From positions 1-55,324 of the forward strand of contig PABJ01000075.1 of the NCBI GenBank assembly GCA_002699105.1: DNA of 55,324 nucleotides, written 5' to 3'. The stretch's first letter is position 1, and each line of letters opens with the position of its first letter. Below the pieces are notes generated by a model that was given only the letters and a program-made list of their open reading frames with translations, did not search any database and was not told the origin of the DNA. A program made the position numbers and the translations under genes. Source of the DNA: Ectothiorhodospiraceae bacterium (GTDB lineage: Bacteria; Bacteroidota; Ignavibacteria; SZUA-365; GCA-2699105). Shown here one piece after another: positions 53,595 to 55,324 of the stretch.

Positions 53595-54230
53595 ATGAGT
53601 AATGTAAAGATTGACGGTGCGAAGAATGGGCCGCTGCTTGTCAAAGGAATGAAGACCATCCTGATGGCGGATGGAACCGAGAAAGAGGTGGAAGGGACAA
53701 TCGCACTTTGCCGCTGTGGCGGTTCGGCGAATAAGCCTTTCTGCGACGGGACGCATTCAAAAAACGGTTTCAGCTCAGAACGCGAAACCGACCGCAGCAA
53801 TGACCGCTGGCGCGACTACGAGGGGAAGGAAATCATGGTGCACGATAACCGCACTATTTGCTCGCATGCAGAAGAGTGCCTGAAGAACTCGCCGTCGGTG
53901 TTCAAGGCCAAGGAGAAGCCGTGGATCGTGCCGGATGCTGCATCTCGCGATGAGATCATCGCGACCGTAAAGAAATGCCCCTCGGGTGCGCTGAGTTATA
54001 CCGTGGATGGTAAGCTGTATGATAAATTCAGCAATTGGACCGGCATCGAAGTAACAGCCGATGGACCGTACCACGTTGAAGGAGCAGTAGAAATTGAAGA
54101 CCCGACCGGCATGACACCCCCGAACCAGGATCACTACGCACTCTGCCGCTGCGGCGCTTCAAAGAACAAGCCGTTCTGCGATGGCGAGCATGCAAATGCA
54201 GGGTTTAAGGATCCCGGAGTGTGGGAATAA
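53595..54230 (+). CDS. Iron-sulfur protein: CDGSH domain, divergent 4Fe-4S mono-cluster domain, CDGSH domain
   Basis: Two CDGSH motifs (CRCGGSANKPFCDGTHS and CRCGASKNKPFCDGEHA) flank a ferredoxin-like segment IMVHDNRTICSHAEECLKNSPSVF...WIVPD...KKCPSGALSY. Length is 211 aa. Confidence 0.85.
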   Translation: MSNVKIDGAKNGPLLVKGMKTILMADGTEKEVEGTIALCRCGGSANKPFCDGTHSKNGFSSERETDRSNDRWRDYEGKEIMVHDNRTICSHAEECLKNSPSVFKAKEKPWIVPDAASRDEIIATVKKCPSGALSYTVDGKLYDKFSNWTGIEVTADGPYHVEGAVEIEDPTGMTPPNQDHYALCRCGASKNKPFCDGEHANAGFKDPGVWE

Positions 54231-54251
54231 ACCGCAACCAGATATGACGCT

Positions 54252-54283
54252 AACAGGCAGGCCTCTTGGTCTGCCTGTTTTGT
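54252..54283. terminator. Bidirectional hairpin between the convergent CDGSH gene and lipoprotein gene
   Basis: 12-bp stem aacaggcaggcc / ggtctgcctgtt (one G-U pair) with tetraloop TCTT, followed by TTGTTT. Confidence 0.7.
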
Positions 54284-54829
54284 TTACTCCGTTTCGATGC
54301 TGCCGAGCTTCTCCAGCAGCGATTCAAGCGGCGGGAGTCCGTATCCCTCATCGTAGAACCACTCTACCTTCCCGTTTTCATCAAGCAGAATGACCCGTGC
54401 GTTGTTGGGATTCTCTGTTCCGGTCCACTCCGCAAGCGTTGAACCGCCGCTCCCGTAGACGGTAATCACATCCGACCAGGATTGGCTGGGTATACCGCTT
54501 CTCATGCCCTCGTCTATGCTTCCTTTGAAGAGTGCGGGGATCATTCCCGGGATCGTGGGGATCTCATAGACTGGCGGAAGGTCAAGATCGGCCGTGAAGA
54601 AACCGATGCCCCACCGGTCTACATCGAACTGTGTTTTTTGTTTGTATGCAACGATCAGAATGACGCGCTGTCCTTCGAAGGCGTCCGGAAGGACGTACTC
54701 CTCGTCCGCTAGCGATTTCCCCTCCACACGCGGGAAGCGTTCGCCGATCGGGGCGCGGTTCGGTATGGTTGAGCCGCAGGAAGCGAGGAGAAGCAAAAGT
54801 GGCAGCAGTAGGAGTACGAAATGTTTCAT
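54284..54829 (-). CDS. Lipoprotein of unknown function
   Basis: The internal Met at 54827-54829 gives MKHFVLLLLPLLLLLASCGS, a signal peptide plus lipobox. Length is 181 aa. A thioredoxin-like fold is only a guess, and no CxxC motif is present. Confidence 0.6.
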   Translation of the reverse strand: MKHFVLLLLPLLLLLASCGSTIPNRAPIGERFPRVEGKSLADEEYVLPDAFEGQRVILIVAYKQKTQFDVDRWGIGFFTADLDLPPVYEIPTIPGMIPALFKGSIDEGMRSGIPSQSWSDVITVYGSGGSTLAEWTGTENPNNARVILLDENGKVEWFYDEGYGLPPLESLLEKLGSIETE

Positions 54830-54973
54830 GGTGTTTACCGTGTGTACGAGGGCAGACATATTCCGCAGCCGTGGGTCTTAAAAACTAACAGATTATGGTT
54901 TGAGCGGAGTTCCGGTATTGTCCGTGTCAATGCCGGATTCACAATAATGGAGTTTTGTTTGTATACCCGTATA

Positions 54974-55006
54974 TCAACAAAAACGCCCCGGTCGGAACCG
55001 GGGTGT
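54974..55006 (-). terminator. Rho-independent terminator downstream of tRNA-Lys on the minus strand
   Basis: Read on the minus strand, a 10-bp stem (one G-U pair) with a 4-nt loop is followed by TTTTTGTTG. Confidence 0.7.
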
Positions 55007-55017
55007 TTCAGCGTTTG

Positions 55018-55090
<73 letters not shown>

Positions 55091-55324
55091 CCTACAATGT
55101 AATATTATGCCCGGATGTAGGCAAACACCGTAGGGCGAAAATCGCAGAAGCTTTGGTTTAACGGGCTAATTTCGAGAGGAGAATACCGTTCGCAACAGTT
55201 GGGAACCTTCCACCAAACGAAATGAGAAGGCTCGGTCGCAATGGTGGAGTGGTGAGGGCACCATACGTTGCTTACCAGACAAATCACGAAGTCGGACAAG
55301 TGTGCTTCGCTCATATCTGGAGGA

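Noticed and set aside
53323-53598. 91-aa plus-strand ORF between the transglutaminase-like pair and the CDGSH gene
   Set aside because: It starts inside the upstream gene, reads straight through the strong terminator hairpin at 53395-53421, and shows no motifs.
55230-55265. The plus-strand TGGTGGAG string considered as the reverse complement of a tmRNA or tRNA-like ...CTCCACCA 3' end
   Set aside because: The minus-strand sequence upstream of it lacks a T arm (no GGTTCGAATCC-like 7-nt loop hairpin) and has no acceptor pairing. Only a 4-bp ggtg/cacc hairpin is present.
55105-55314. 69-aa minus-strand ORF at the window end
   Set aside because: No SD and no family resemblance, and the composition is Cys/Trp/His-rich. 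It would have to be transcribed into the tRNA gene. It is treated as non-coding.

Overview
This is a 55.3-kb chromosomal segment that looks like an FCB-superphylum bacterium. It resembles Ignavibacteriota, Kapabacteria or Rhodothermota more than Bacteroidia. The basis is T9SS C-terminal sorting domains on three secreted proteins, LolCDE, DUF2723-, DUF3857- and DUF3098-like families, and clear Shine-Dalgarno sites; this placement is inference only. I support about 44 tightly packed protein genes, one tRNA-Lys(CTT) and six hairpin terminators. I saw no rRNA, CRISPR array, transposase or integrase.

Content in order:
- T9SS cargo proteins
- a GT-C glycosyltransferase with TPR repeats
- a CBS protein and histidine ammonia-lyase
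- a branched-chain 2-oxoacid dehydrogenase E1(alpha-beta fusion)/E2 pair followed by lipA
- an agmatinase plus T9SS metalloprotease operon
- glycogen genes (GH13 debrancher, glgB)
- PIN-PhoH2, rpsT and CorC
- two tandem PrsW-like proteases
- wecB, a GT4 glycosyltransferase and dusB
- a lipoprotein plus LysM coiled-coil pair
- phoH, prfB and lolCDE
- a DUF2723 (GT-C) pair followed by a PD40/OMP-barrel protein and a UDP-xylose synthase
- an uncharacterised three-gene operon, then photolyase and a DUF169-like gene
- a transglutaminase-like pair and a CDGSH/4Fe-4S fusion protein

Two features are hidden from the ORF track. prfB needs the classical +1 programmed frameshift (GGGGGTATCTTTGA at 30628-30641). 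The conserved N-terminal domain of phoH lies upstream of any canonical start codon.

The best candidates for something undescribed are the envelope glycosylation-like module at 34960-43721 and the orphan operon at 43979-47087. All family calls come from motif recognition by eye; no searches were run.
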